From Candidatus Yanofskybacteria bacterium CG10_big_fil_rev_8_21_14_0_10_36_16 (GTDB lineage Bacteria > Patescibacteriota > Minisyncoccia > 2-02-FULL-40-12 > IGHO2-01-FULL-4-A), in the NCBI GenBank assembly GCA_002794035.1, contig PCXQ01000004.1, positions 187,064 through 251,063 of the forward strand: 64,000 bases of DNA. The letters run 5' to 3'. Below are positions 1 through 9,403 of this stretch, in pieces. The translations under genes and the position numbers were made by a program. The notes under the pieces are model-generated. The model was given only the letters and a program-made list of their open reading frames with translations, had not been told where the DNA came from and did not search any database. How positions within the stretch are numbered: the first letter of the stretch is position 1; each line of letters opens with the position of its first letter.

Positions 1-327
1 ATAAACATTGATCCTTTTAGTTTCTGGCACTCTTCAGAGAAAAAAGACCCAGGATTAAATTTATCGCTTTATGATAACAAAAGTGCTGACCAACTGCTGG
101 AAAATGCCAGGCAAACGGTAAGTTTTGATGAAAGAATGCGAGTATATGAAGAATTCCAAGATATTCTTATTGAAGATGCCCCCGCGGTTTTCCTATATAG
201 TCCTGACTATCTTTATGTTCAACCAGACAAAATAAAAAATAACAATACAAAAATAATATCGGTTCCATCAGAAAGATTCGGCAACATAAATAAGTGGTAC
301 ATAAATACTAAAAGAGTATTTAAATAA
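1..327 (+). CDS. ABC-type peptide/solute-binding protein (family 5), C-terminal fragment; 5' end lies outside the window
   Basis: Frame 1 is open from position 1 (INIDPFSFWHSSEKKDPGLNLSLYDNKSADQLLENARQTVSFDERMRVYEEFQDILIEDAPAVFLYSPDYLYVQP...). The C-terminal pattern resembles OppA/DppA-type periplasmic binding proteins. Confidence 0.45.
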   Translation: MNIDPFSFWHSSEKKDPGLNLSLYDNKSADQLLENARQTVSFDERMRVYEEFQDILIEDAPAVFLYSPDYLYVQPDKIKNNNTKIISVPSERFGNINKWYINTKRVFK

Positions 328-351
328 CACTTGGTCTTTGTAATTTCCCAT

Positions 352-428
352 ATTGCCCAATCGGTGGAATTGGTAGACCTGCCCGCCAGTGCCTGACGCC
401 GATGTGGTGCGTTACTTATACAAATGGA
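352..428 (+). repeat. tRNA-derived fragment: partial duplicate of the tRNA-Leu 5' portion (shares GGTGGAATTGGTAGAC) without a foldable cloverleaf
   Basis: A 16-nt identical D-arm segment matches the downstream tRNA-Leu. No matching T-arm or acceptor partner is found. Confidence 0.3.
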
Positions 429-515
429 GGGCGAGTGGTGGAATTGGTAGACACGTAGCGTTCAGGTCGCTATGGACGTAAGTCTGTGAGGGTTCAAATC
501 CCTCCTCGCCCACCA
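429..515 (+). tRNA. tRNA-Leu (anticodon CAG), type II with long variable arm; CCA encoded
   Basis: Acceptor GGGCGAG/CTCGCCC, D-arm GTGG-AATTGGTAG-ACAC, anticodon stem-loop GTAGCG-TTCAGGT-CGCTAT, long variable arm, T-arm AGGG-TTCAAAT-CCCT, discriminator A, CCA. Confidence 0.8.
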
Positions 516-650
516 TTTGTATGAAACACATCCCGCCAAGGCGGGATGTCGCAAGGCTTGTGGGTTCAACTCCCACCATCGGCACTAGACATTGACAGGC
601 AGATACACCCCGCCAATACGGGGCAACAAATTAAATAATTAAAAAATAAT

Positions 651-2681
651 ATGAAAAAAGAAGAATTAAATTTCTCGTTAGAAAAAATGAAAGAACAAAA
701 TAAAATAAATGATACAGACTCACAAATTGAGGCTGTTTTAAGCACGGTCCCCCAACCTCCCCAACCTAATACATTGAGGTCCCAAAGCACATCCTCAGGG
801 AGACCAAATCGAAGCAGGGGGAACAGAAACATGAGGACAACCAGACCAATGGGACCTACAAATAGACAAGCCCCTAGAGCAGGGTCATCCAGTTCAACCC
901 AACAACCCAACACCCAAAGAAAAAAAAATCGTTATCAGCGCAACAGACGCGATCTCGCGCGTCCAATAAAACGTCTTCCAAAAGTAGAAAGAGAGCATGA
1001 AAGATACACAGAAGCTGAGATTGATTCGCTTAAAGTAATAGCCCTTGGGGGTCTTGGTGAAATCGGCAGAAATATGACCATCTTTGAATACAAAGATGAA
1101 ATAATATTAGTTGATGCCGGATTGGGATTCCCTGAAGACGACATGCCTGGAGTTGATTACACCATTCCCAACACCTACTATTTACAGAACAGAAAAGAAC
1201 ACATCAAAGGGATGGTTGTTACACATGGACACTTAGATCACATAGGAGCTATCCCTTATATAATGAACAAGATAGGAAATCCGCCCATATATACCGCTGA
1301 TCTAACAAGAGGAATTATACTTAAAAGGCATCAGGATTTTAAACATCTGCCCGAACTGGAAATTGAAGTTATAAAACCAAAAGAAAAGGTAAAACTTGGA
1401 AAATACTTTGAAGTTGAGCCATTTCTAATAAACCACACTATTCCGGATGATTTAGCTTTGATTATTCGCACTCCCGCAGGCACTGTTTTTCACACATCTG
1501 ATTATAAATTTGATCCTCAACCACTAAATCAAGATCCCGTTGACTTTGGAGAATTAGATAAAATTGGCGACGCAGGCATTGATCTTTTGATGGCTGATTC
1601 AACAGGTGCAGAAAAAGATGAGCCATCAATGTCAGAAACCGTAATACAAGAAAACTTAGACAAAATTTTTGCAGAATCTGACAAAATGATAATAGCTAGC
1701 ACCTTCTCATCTCTAATTAACCGTATACAACAATTAATAACTTTGTCTGAAAAATACGGACGCAAGGTTATATTGGATGGATTTAGCTTGAAAAATAATG
1801 TTGCAATTGCTCAAGAATTAAAACAAATCAATATTAAAAAAGAGACCCTTTTGCCTATAGCAGAAATCGACAAATACCCCAGGGAAAAAATAACCGTAAT
1901 AGGTACGGGTGCTCAAGGCGAAGGCCAAGCAATGCTTATGCGCATAGCTTCAGGAGAACACAGATATATTAAACTTCTCAAAGGTGATTCCGTTATATTT
2001 TCTTCGTCTGTAATTCCTGGAAACGAAAGGTCAGTTCAAAGAATCAAAGATTTGTTTTATCGCATGGGAACCAAGGTGTATCATTACGGCATGATGGACA
2101 TCCACGCGTCGGGACATGGCCACAAAGATGATTTGAAAAAAATGATAAAACTCATAAAACCAAAATTCTTTATGCCTATTCATGGACAATACTCAATGAT
2201 GGTAAATCATAGTTATCTGGCCCAAGAAGAAGGAGTACCTGAAAAAAATATTATAATTGCCGATAATGGCTCAATAGTTCATGTTACTCCAAGCGAAGTC
2301 TGGCTAGATAAAAAAACTATACCTGCTGACAATGTAATGGTTGATGGCCTTGGTATTGGTGATATAGGAAATGTAGTACTTCGTGACCGACAAGTACTAG
2401 CCGAAGACGGAATGTTTGTTATAATTGCCTTAGTGGACTTTAAAACAGGAAAAGTTAGATCTAGCCCAGATATTATTTCACGTGGATTTGTCTACCTTAA
2501 AGAAAACAAAGACCTCCTTATGGAAGTCCGCAAAAAAGTGCGACACTTAATTGAAAAGAAAACTACAAAACCAATAAACCGCGACTATATAAAAGATCTT
2601 ATAAGAGACGAGATAGGTCTATTCTTATTCCAAAGAACAGAACGAAGACCGATGGTTCTGCCGGTTGTGATTGAAATATAA
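651..2681 (+). CDS. rnj: Ribonuclease J (metallo-beta-lactamase/beta-CASP) with a ~115-aa low-complexity N-terminal extension
   Basis: VVTHGHLDHIGAIPY (HxHxDH motif), DIHASGHGH, beta-CASP region. The first ~115 aa are rich in S/R/N/Q/P/T. Confidence 0.9.
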   Translation: MKKEELNFSLEKMKEQNKINDTDSQIEAVLSTVPQPPQPNTLRSQSTSSGRPNRSRGNRNMRTTRPMGPTNRQAPRAGSSSSTQQPNTQRKKNRYQRNRRDLARPIKRLPKVEREHERYTEAEIDSLKVIALGGLGEIGRNMTIFEYKDEIILVDAGLGFPEDDMPGVDYTIPNTYYLQNRKEHIKGMVVTHGHLDHIGAIPYIMNKIGNPPIYTADLTRGIILKRHQDFKHLPELEIEVIKPKEKVKLGKYFEVEPFLINHTIPDDLALIIRTPAGTVFHTSDYKFDPQPLNQDPVDFGELDKIGDAGIDLLMADSTGAEKDEPSMSETVIQENLDKIFAESDKMIIASTFSSLINRIQQLITLSEKYGRKVILDGFSLKNNVAIAQELKQINIKKETLLPIAEIDKYPREKITVIGTGAQGEGQAMLMRIASGEHRYIKLLKGDSVIFSSSVIPGNERSVQRIKDLFYRMGTKVYHYGMMDIHASGHGHKDDLKKMIKLIKPKFFMPIHGQYSMMVNHSYLAQEEGVPEKNIIIADNGSIVHVTPSEVWLDKKTIPADNVMVDGLGIGDIGNVVLRDRQVLAEDGMFVIIALVDFKTGKVRSSPDIISRGFVYLKENKDLLMEVRKKVRHLIEKKTTKPINRDYIKDLIRDEIGLFLFQRTERRPMVLPVVIEI

Positions 2682-2946
2682 AAGGTTCATTAAATCACAA
2701 AGAGATCCCGAACAAAGTGAGGGGCCGGTTGTCATCGAAATCTAATCTTGTGATTTGCGTGTTAAATTAGTAAGCCCCAATAATAATGGGCTTAGACTAA
2801 TTTAACCACAGAGGCTTGTCCAATTTTTTCGTTGGAACTTTAGCATTAGCACTCAACGTACTATTTGTACGCCTCGTACTAATGCTAAATTCCGCCTCAA
2901 ACTTAAACAAGCACGCAAATCACTAAAAACTTGGCAAACTAAGATT

Positions 2947-3951
2947 ATGCGTATTTTTAGTGGAATCAGGCCCAGCGGTAATTTGCATTTAGGCAATTAC
3001 CTTGGGGCTGTTAAAAATTGGATTGAATTACAAAATAAACCAGATACAGAGCTGGCGGTTTTTGGCGTTATGGATTATCACGGCATCACAACGCCTTATG
3101 ATCCAAAAACATACAGAAATCAAGTTTTGTCCGTAGCTACGGAGTATATTTCTGCAGGACTTAATCCGGACGGAAAAAAGATATTACTTATTCGCCAATC
3201 TCGTGTCCCCCAACACACAGAGCTCGCATGGCTTTTTAACACAATCACACCCATCAGTTGGTTAAATCGTCTGCCAACCTACAAGGAACAGCTTGAAAAA
3301 TCACCTAAGTATAATCATATAGGTCTTTTTGACTACCCAGTACTTATGGCAGCAGACATACTCGCATATAAAGCTGGGACCGTACCTGTTGGTGCTGACC
3401 AAATGGCACACATTGATATAACCAATGAGATAGCCAAGAAATTTAATTCTATGTTTGGAGAAACATTTAGCTCTGTAAAAGTGCCCAAGATTGAAGGAGC
3501 TCGCATAATGTCTCTTCAAAATCCAAACAACAAGATGTCCAAAACCACTTCGGCAGGCTCAGGACAAGCCGGAGATGAAGCAATAATGCTACTTGATACA
3601 CCAGATGAGGTCAGAAATAAAATAAAAAAGGCAGTAACCGACTCAGGTAGCGAGATAAAATTTGATATAAAAGAAAAACCCGCAATTTCAAACCTTCTCT
3701 CAATATTCAGCTTGGTGGTCAACAAAGAAATTCCTGAACTTGAAAAACAATATAGCAATAAAAGTTATTCTGAATTTAAAAACGATTTAGCAGAAGTTGT
3801 TGTATCATTCTTAAAGCCCTTCCAAGAAAAATATAAAGAAATTAATTCAAATCCAAATGAAGTAGAGGAAACATTGATTAAATCTGAAGAAAACGCTATA
3901 AATATAGTGAGCAGTACACTAAAAGAAGTAAAAGAAAAAATGGGTTTATAG
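2947..3951 (+). CDS. trpS: Tryptophanyl-tRNA synthetase
   Basis: Class I aaRS with N-terminal SGIRPSGNLHLGNYLGA (HIGH-like) and KMSKT (KMSKS). ~334 aa, typical TrpRS size. Confidence 0.9.
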   Translation: MRIFSGIRPSGNLHLGNYLGAVKNWIELQNKPDTELAVFGVMDYHGITTPYDPKTYRNQVLSVATEYISAGLNPDGKKILLIRQSRVPQHTELAWLFNTITPISWLNRLPTYKEQLEKSPKYNHIGLFDYPVLMAADILAYKAGTVPVGADQMAHIDITNEIAKKFNSMFGETFSSVKVPKIEGARIMSLQNPNNKMSKTTSAGSGQAGDEAIMLLDTPDEVRNKIKKAVTDSGSEIKFDIKEKPAISNLLSIFSLVVNKEIPELEKQYSNKSYSEFKNDLAEVVVSFLKPFQEKYKEINSNPNEVEETLIKSEENAINIVSSTLKEVKEKMGL

Positions 3952-4093
3952 CCCTGACAAAAACATACACAACGAGGAGGACGCCATGAAGAAAGCACTA
4001 TCCTTTATTATTATGATGCCCCTTTTCCCTCTTTTTTGCATAATGTGTGCCGAAACCCACAGAGTAAAATTTCCTCATTTTGAATAAAAATGC

Positions 4094-4120
4094 ACCCCCG
4101 CCTTGGCGGGGTCTTTATTT
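4094..4120 (+). terminator. Intrinsic terminator hairpin CCCCGCC-TTGG-CGGGG followed by a T-run
   Basis: GC hairpin plus TCTTTATTT, seen directly in the sequence. Confidence 0.6.
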
Positions 4121-4325
4121 GCATATAATCCATTTTTATGCTATATTGTTAAGTATTATACAGGTCCTTAATGAAATGATTTTCGTAGCGAGGATTTCAA
4201 ATTTTTAGACATAAACTATTAAAATTTGAGATGCATACTGGACGTATGTTGAACAAATTTTGATAGTTTAGAGCAAAAATTTTTAATCCGCAGTAGAAAA
4301 ATCATTGCGTTAAAGATCTGCCAGC

Positions 4326-4541
4326 ATGCCAGAACCAAAGAAACACAAAACTAGAGGCGGTAGTAACCGCAGAAGAAGCCACTTAGCACTAAAGAAATTA
4401 GTGCTGGTTTCATGTGGCCACTGTGGAAAGGCTAGAACTCCTCACCGTGTCTGCCCTAACTGTGGTTTTTACAAAAACATAGAAGCAGTAAACGTATTAG
4501 AAAAAGAATTAAAAAAGAAAGAAAAGAAAAACCGATCCTAA
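4326..4541 (+). CDS. rpmF: 50S ribosomal protein L32
   Basis: N-terminal KHKTRGGSNRRRSH plus the zinc ribbon C..C...C..C (CGHCGK...CPNCGFY). Confidence 0.85.
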   Translation: MPEPKKHKTRGGSNRRRSHLALKKLVLVSCGHCGKARTPHRVCPNCGFYKNIEAVNVLEKELKKKEKKNRS

Positions 4542-4612
4542 TGTACTAATTGATACTAGTGATGCTAAGATGTTCTAACAATTAACACCACTAGTATATT
4601 GGAACAGTATCA

Positions 4613-5116
4613 GTGGCCTCAAGACATTTGTCACGTTCAATAGCAATGCAATCACTCTATGAGTGGGATTTTGGTGGGCAAAAAAATGAAAAACTTCCCG
4701 AAATTGTCGAACACAACATACAAGAATTTGCTTCCGGCTTAAAGGAGGAGCATATTGAATTTGTTAAATCACTAGTTGAAGGAACAATCTCAAAACAAAA
4801 AGAAATAGACGCTATCGTAGAAAAAGCCGCTCCTCAGTGGCCAATAAAACAAATCGCGATGGTAGACAAAGCTGTATTACGCCTTGGTATTTATGAACTT
4901 CTATTTGGGAAAAGAGATGAGGTTCCTCCAAAAGTAGCTATAAATGAATCAATAGAGCTTGCTAAAACATTCGGTGGTGATGCATCAGGCAAGTTTGTAA
5001 ATGGAGTACTGGGAACTATTTACAGAGAAATCGGTGAACCAGGCAAAGATGATAAGCCAAAAGAAAAAGAAGATTCCCCTGACCCAGAGGAATCTGAAGA
5101 TAAAAAAACAGAATAA
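4613..5116 (+). CDS. nusB: Transcription antitermination factor NusB with an acidic/Lys-rich C-terminal tail
   Basis: N-terminal [18 protein letters not shown] matches the NusB ARExALQxLY pattern. Size and operon context (downstream of L32) fit. Confidence 0.7.
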   Translation: MASRHLSRSIAMQSLYEWDFGGQKNEKLPEIVEHNIQEFASGLKEEHIEFVKSLVEGTISKQKEIDAIVEKAAPQWPIKQIAMVDKAVLRLGIYELLFGKRDEVPPKVAINESIELAKTFGGDASGKFVNGVLGTIYREIGEPGKDDKPKEKEDSPDPEESEDKKTE

Positions 5117-5195
5117 GTTAATTAAAAATAAATTTGAATTAGGAATCAGGAATTAGGAGTTATGAATTTTAATTACAATTCATGATTCATGCTTC

Positions 5196-5918
5196 GTGAT
5201 TCTAGTTTTTATGCACGAAGATAAAGTGGCCGATTTAGAAAAAAATATCGGCATAACCTTCTCAAACAAGGACCATGCTTTACAGGCCCTTACGCACAGG
5301 TCATATCTCAATGAAAATACAAAATGGCATTTAGATCACAATGAGCGCCTAGAATTCTTAGGTGATGCGGTTTTAGAATTGGTTGTAACCGAATATTTAT
5401 ACACCAAATACCCCGACAAACCCGAGGGCGAAATGACGAATTGGCGCGCAGCATTAGTAAACTCAATAATGCTAGCTAAAATTTCGTCTAAATTCAGCCT
5501 GAATGACAATGTGCTTTTATCACGAGGCGAAGCTCGAGATACAGGAAGAGCAAGACAATATATACTGGCCAATGCGGTTGAGGCACTAATAGGAGCTCTT
5601 TACCTAGATCAAGGTTATAAGGTATGCGCGGAATTCATAAATAAATTTATTATTTCCGAACTTGACGATATACTAGAAAACAAACTCTACAAAGATTATA
5701 AGAGCTTATTCCAAGAAGAGGCTCAAGACAAAGTTGGTATTACCCCTACATATGAAGTGGTTGATGAATGGGGTCCGGACCATGCCAAAACATTTAAGGT
5801 AGGATTGTTCTTGGAAAAAGATAAGATATCTGAAGGTGAAGGCAAATCAAAACAAGAGGCCCAACAAGAAGCTGCGAAAAAAGGGCTAGAAGCAAAAGGA
5901 TGGGGAGAAAAAATTTGA
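5196..5918 (+). CDS. rnc: Ribonuclease III
   Basis: RNase III signature ERLEFLGDAVLELVVTEYLY and a C-terminal dsRBD. The start may be an internal Met. Confidence 0.9.
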   Translation: MILVFMHEDKVADLEKNIGITFSNKDHALQALTHRSYLNENTKWHLDHNERLEFLGDAVLELVVTEYLYTKYPDKPEGEMTNWRAALVNSIMLAKISSKFSLNDNVLLSRGEARDTGRARQYILANAVEALIGALYLDQGYKVCAEFINKFIISELDDILENKLYKDYKSLFQEEAQDKVGITPTYEVVDEWGPDHAKTFKVGLFLEKDKISEGEGKSKQEAQQEAAKKGLEAKGWGEKI

Positions 5919-5927
5919 TATTAACCT

Positions 5928-5960
5928 AAAACCCCTCCGCCTAAGGCGGAGGGGTTTTTA
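5928..5960. terminator. Bidirectional intrinsic terminator (AAAACCCCTCCGCC-TAA-GGCGGAGGGGTTTTT)
   Basis: Perfect GC-rich hairpin flanked by an A-run and a T-run, between convergent genes. Confidence 0.75.
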
Positions 5961-5978
5961 AATTTAAACAAAATTACA

Positions 5979-6182
5979 CTAAATAATAAAAGGCAAACGC
6001 ATAATATACCCGACAACAATCATTGTTATGCCCCAAATACCAATAGCGTGCTCACGACGCATAATCTTAAAAACAGCATCATCAACTTGGTGTTCTTGTC
6101 TGAAACGATAATGAACCATGATTGCCGTATAAGCAATCATGATTTTACCAACAACATCTAATGTTTCTCCGATTAATTCCAT
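5979..6182 (-). CDS. Small hypothetical membrane protein
   Basis: ORF with two hydrophobic segments. No recognisable family. Confidence 0.3.
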   Translation of the reverse strand: MELIGETLDVVGKIMIAYTAIMVHYRFRQEHQVDDAVFKIMRREHAIGIWGITMIVVGYIMRLPFII

Positions 6183-6238
6183 GTTTCTAAAAAAATAATA
6201 AAAATATTTTAATCCCCCGATATTAATTAATTTTAAAA

Positions 6239-6823
6239 TTGTCTTTTGTTATAATTAAAATTATGCACAAGAAAAGCATCTTCGTAATAATATTTGTTGG
6301 AGTTTTGCTGGCCTTATCTTTTTGGCTTTCAGAGCTTTTGGCAGAAAATGACGTGGTAAAAGAATTGGTATTTGGTTATGGTTATGCCGGAATGTTTTTA
6401 ATCTCCATAATAAGCGGATTCAACATCGTAATACCCGTGCCAGCTATTACTTTTTTACCAGTATTCACCGGAGCTGGACTAGGTTTTTGGAGCTCAATCA
6501 TTATAATCACTGCTGGTATGACAATCGGAGATGGACTGGGTTACATAATAGGACGCACTGGCAATAGATTAGCAAGGGACAAGAATAAAATTAAAAGATA
6601 CATAAAAGAAATAATGAACACCAAAAAAAAATACAATCTTGGTGTTGTGACCCTACTCTTTATTTATGCGGCATTTATACCGGCTCCCAATGAAGTAATA
6701 ATTATACCGCTAGGATTTATGGGGTATCGTTTTAAACACATTTTTCCAGTCGTATTAGCGGGCAACTTAGTTTTCAATACCCTCTCAGCCTTTGGAGTTA
6801 CAAATCTTTTTAAAATAATCTAA
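6239..6823 (+). CDS. DedA/VTT-family-like membrane protein (probable)
   Basis: Multi-TM protein. The GxxxP...E...G / VTLLFIYAAFIPAPNEVIIIPLGFMGY pattern is reminiscent of DedA. Confidence 0.4.
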   Translation: MSFVIIKIMHKKSIFVIIFVGVLLALSFWLSELLAENDVVKELVFGYGYAGMFLISIISGFNIVIPVPAITFLPVFTGAGLGFWSSIIIITAGMTIGDGLGYIIGRTGNRLARDKNKIKRYIKEIMNTKKKYNLGVVTLLFIYAAFIPAPNEVIIIPLGFMGYRFKHIFPVVLAGNLVFNTLSAFGVTNLFKII

Positions 6824-8388
6824 AAACCAGGCAATCTTATAGACCCGGGCTTTGTTGGATCAAATCCGTTAAGCACTTCTTCTCCATCATCATAACCATC
6901 CCCATCGGTATCGGGATTTTCAAGATCAGTTCCATAAATGCTTTCATAACTATCTAATAGCCCATCTTCATCTGTATCTCCAGAAAATATACTTCCAATC
7001 AATCCCTCAAACAACTCTTCGCCTGAAACAGACCCAGAAGGAACAGCAACTGAAACTGGCTCATTAAATCCGTTAAACCCATATGCAAATGTAGCAGTTA
7101 CAGTTGACGTCTCCTGAGGATCTATAAACAGTAAGTCAATACTTATCTTTCTGGGCAACAAATCATTTTTACCTATCCAAATATCTCCCGCCATTTGTAT
7201 GGCAGATAAAAGTTGGTTCATCTGCTGCTCAGAATAATTAGAATATTCTGAACTAATTCCCTTTTCTTCAGCTAGAATTTGTAAAACTTCACTAATATAT
7301 TTAACTAGGGCTTCACTATCTACAATAAATCTTAGGTGTCGCGTCTCTATGCCATCTATATTTTCGGAGCTCAATTCATCTCTCAGTTTTAAAATTCCTG
7401 ATTCTTTGAATTTGTCTATAAGCATTTGAGTTTCTTCATCCGTCAGCTGTTTACCGCCTATATCTAAACCTACGCCTTGATTCTGTACTTTGGTAGCATC
7501 AAATTCATACCATTGGCCTTTTATCTTATTTACAACTGGCACAAAAAGATTATTTACTTCTTGGCTATTCTCGCTATTATTGCCTAACTCAAAATCAGAT
7601 AGGTTTATGTAAAATTTGTGACCCGCACTTATTGTTTGAGCTGAAAAATTTACAAAATCTCCTACATCAATTCTTCCACTCATATCAAATTGGAATGTTG
7701 ACTTTTCATTACCTGGAATTGAATGGTCAAAAACTCCCTCTGAACTTAATCTAAACGAACCACTCAATCCATTAAATTTACCCACGTCTCCGTGCCCCTG
7801 CTCCTGAACTGAAACCTCTCCAGAAAATTGGGCCACTTCTACAGCATCTAGAACAAGTGAGCTCAACAATATATTAGCAAAAGAAGATTTGGACCTAACA
7901 AAACCGTTAATATTTGAATCCTCCTGATTAAAGGCTGACTGGCCAATAAAGAAATCAGCATTAACAGTTACCGAATACTTCCCTGATTTAACTTCGCTTA
8001 ATTTCTCTAATGAATTTATCAAAACAAACTCTGGAGTGCTTTGCCCCAAATACCAATATCCTGCAGCCGCTCCCGCAGCCAAAACAAGAAGTACAACAAA
8101 CACAATAGCCGCTTTTCTACCTGCAGATGATTTTCTAGGAATCGAGGAAACAACACTACTCTGAATTTTTGGCTGAGCTTGTTCGCCAAATGTCTGATTA
8201 ACTTCTCCACCGCTTGCCGACTTTAAATCATTTTCTGGAATACTTTTTTTACCATCAACTTCATTAAAAGCTTCCTCAACATCTTGCTCTTGCCAACCAG
8301 AACTTAAAAGAGCTCTTTTTATCAAAGAGTCGTCCGCGATTGTTTGTCTAGCCTGTTTTATATATTCTGTTATCTCACTTTTTGCCAT
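6820..8388 (-). CDS. Membrane-anchored hypothetical protein with C-terminal DxDxDG calcium-binding (thrombospondin-3/dockerin-like) repeats
   Basis: N-terminal small helical domain, one TM (AAIVFVVLLVLAAGAAAGYWYL), large extracytoplasmic region. C-terminus DTDEDGLLDSY...NPDTDGDGYDDGEEV. Confidence 0.5.
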   Translation of the reverse strand: MAKSEITEYIKQARQTIADDSLIKRALLSSGWQEQDVEEAFNEVDGKKSIPENDLKSASGGEVNQTFGEQAQPKIQSSVVSSIPRKSSAGRKAAIVFVVLLVLAAGAAAGYWYLGQSTPEFVLINSLEKLSEVKSGKYSVTVNADFFIGQSAFNQEDSNINGFVRSKSSFANILLSSLVLDAVEVAQFSGEVSVQEQGHGDVGKFNGLSGSFRLSSEGVFDHSIPGNEKSTFQFDMSGRIDVGDFVNFSAQTISAGHKFYINLSDFELGNNSENSQEVNNLFVPVVNKIKGQWYEFDATKVQNQGVGLDIGGKQLTDEETQMLIDKFKESGILKLRDELSSENIDGIETRHLRFIVDSEALVKYISEVLQILAEEKGISSEYSNYSEQQMNQLLSAIQMAGDIWIGKNDLLPRKISIDLLFIDPQETSTVTATFAYGFNGFNEPVSVAVPSGSVSGEELFEGLIGSIFSGDTDEDGLLDSYESIYGTDLENPDTDGDGYDDGEEVLNGFDPTKPGSIRLPGF

Positions 8389-8492
8389 CTATATTATTAT
8401 AACATTAATTAATTTATAAAATTATATACTTAGTGGATAAATACTATAAAACATGGTGGTATAATATAACTAGCTAAAAAATTAAAGCCTCC

Positions 8493-9026
8493 ATGAGCGA
8501 TCAAACACAATTAAACACAATCTATCCCAACCAACCGCCGCCGCCAAGACCACCATCTCCCCCTTCTTCTGATTCTCAGACGAACTATCAAATAACACCC
8601 GAAGCGGAAAGCCAAAAAACCGCTAACCGAGAAAGATTAGCCAGTTTTTTGATTTTGCTTTCTGGTTTTGCCATAACATATCTTGCATTTGCACACATAA
8701 ACAACCTCTGGCCTTGGGAAACAATATTCAACAATTCCATAAACGCCAAAACACCAAAAATAGTAAGGGACCTATGCTCAGCAAAAGTTTCGAAATCACT
8801 ATCAGTTGATAGTATAAAAATTACATTTCAACCAGTAAACCCCAGGGCATATTCTTGTGATTATGGAATATGGAGAGTAACAAATGGGTCTTCATTTGTT
8901 GAAACATCTTATTATTTTGATTCCCAAGGACGCTATCTTGATCACTGCAACCAAATAGAGCACCCCTCTGGATGCAATACCTACGGGTCATTGTTGTGCG
9001 ATAATACAGTAAATTTTTGCAGATAA
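8493..9026 (+). CDS. Hypothetical Pro-rich/Cys-rich membrane-anchored protein
   Basis: Pro-rich N-terminus, one TM, C-terminal region with 7 Cys. Confidence 0.4.
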   Translation: MSDQTQLNTIYPNQPPPPRPPSPPSSDSQTNYQITPEAESQKTANRERLASFLILLSGFAITYLAFAHINNLWPWETIFNNSINAKTPKIVRDLCSAKVSKSLSVDSIKITFQPVNPRAYSCDYGIWRVTNGSSFVETSYYFDSQGRYLDHCNQIEHPSGCNTYGSLLCDNTVNFCR

Positions 9027-9106
9027 TATAACAAATAATCTCAAAAATTAAATATTGAATATCAAGTCAACCTTGATATTCAAGTTGTTATTTTTGAACT
9101 TAATCA

Positions 9107-9304
9107 GTGTTTGACAATCATTTGTACAACCTAATGCTTCAAATAACCCAAGAGCATAAATCATTATGGAGAATCAAAAACAATTACGAAAAAGATGCTG
9201 GCGAATGCCCTGAGTGCCAAGCATTCTGGGACAAAATGGAAAAAGACAAAAAAGATCACATAAATGAATTGCAGGGATTAATAAAAAAGCATATGGAACA
9301 ATAG
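9107..9304 (+). CDS. Small hypothetical protein (CxxC)
   Basis: 65-aa ORF with a GECPECQ motif. Followed by tandem terminator hairpins. Confidence 0.3.
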   Translation: MFDNHLYNLMLQITQEHKSLWRIKNNYEKDAGECPECQAFWDKMEKDKKDHINELQGLIKKHMEQ

Positions 9305-9317
9305 CAACCAGCACGAA

Positions 9318-9386
9318 ACAAAAAAGCATAGAGTTATCTCTGTGCTTTTTTTATAAAAACAAGCCCCTCCTAGGAGGGGCTATTTT
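9318..9386. terminator. Two tandem bidirectional terminator hairpins (AAAAAAGCATAGAG..CTCTGTGCTTTTTTT and AGCCCCTCC-TA-GGAGGGGCT)
   Basis: Hairpins with flanking A/T runs between convergent genes. Confidence 0.7.
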
Positions 9387-9403
9387 AATGTAGTAATTAG
9401 CCT

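Noticed and set aside
566-1144. Minus-strand ORFs 566..913 and 935..1144
   Set aside because: Antisense to the RNase J N-terminal low-complexity region; the repetitive composition creates open frames.
3301-3998. Minus-strand ORFs 3301..3519, 3516..3758 and 3765..3998
   Set aside because: Entirely antisense to trpS, which is confidently coding.
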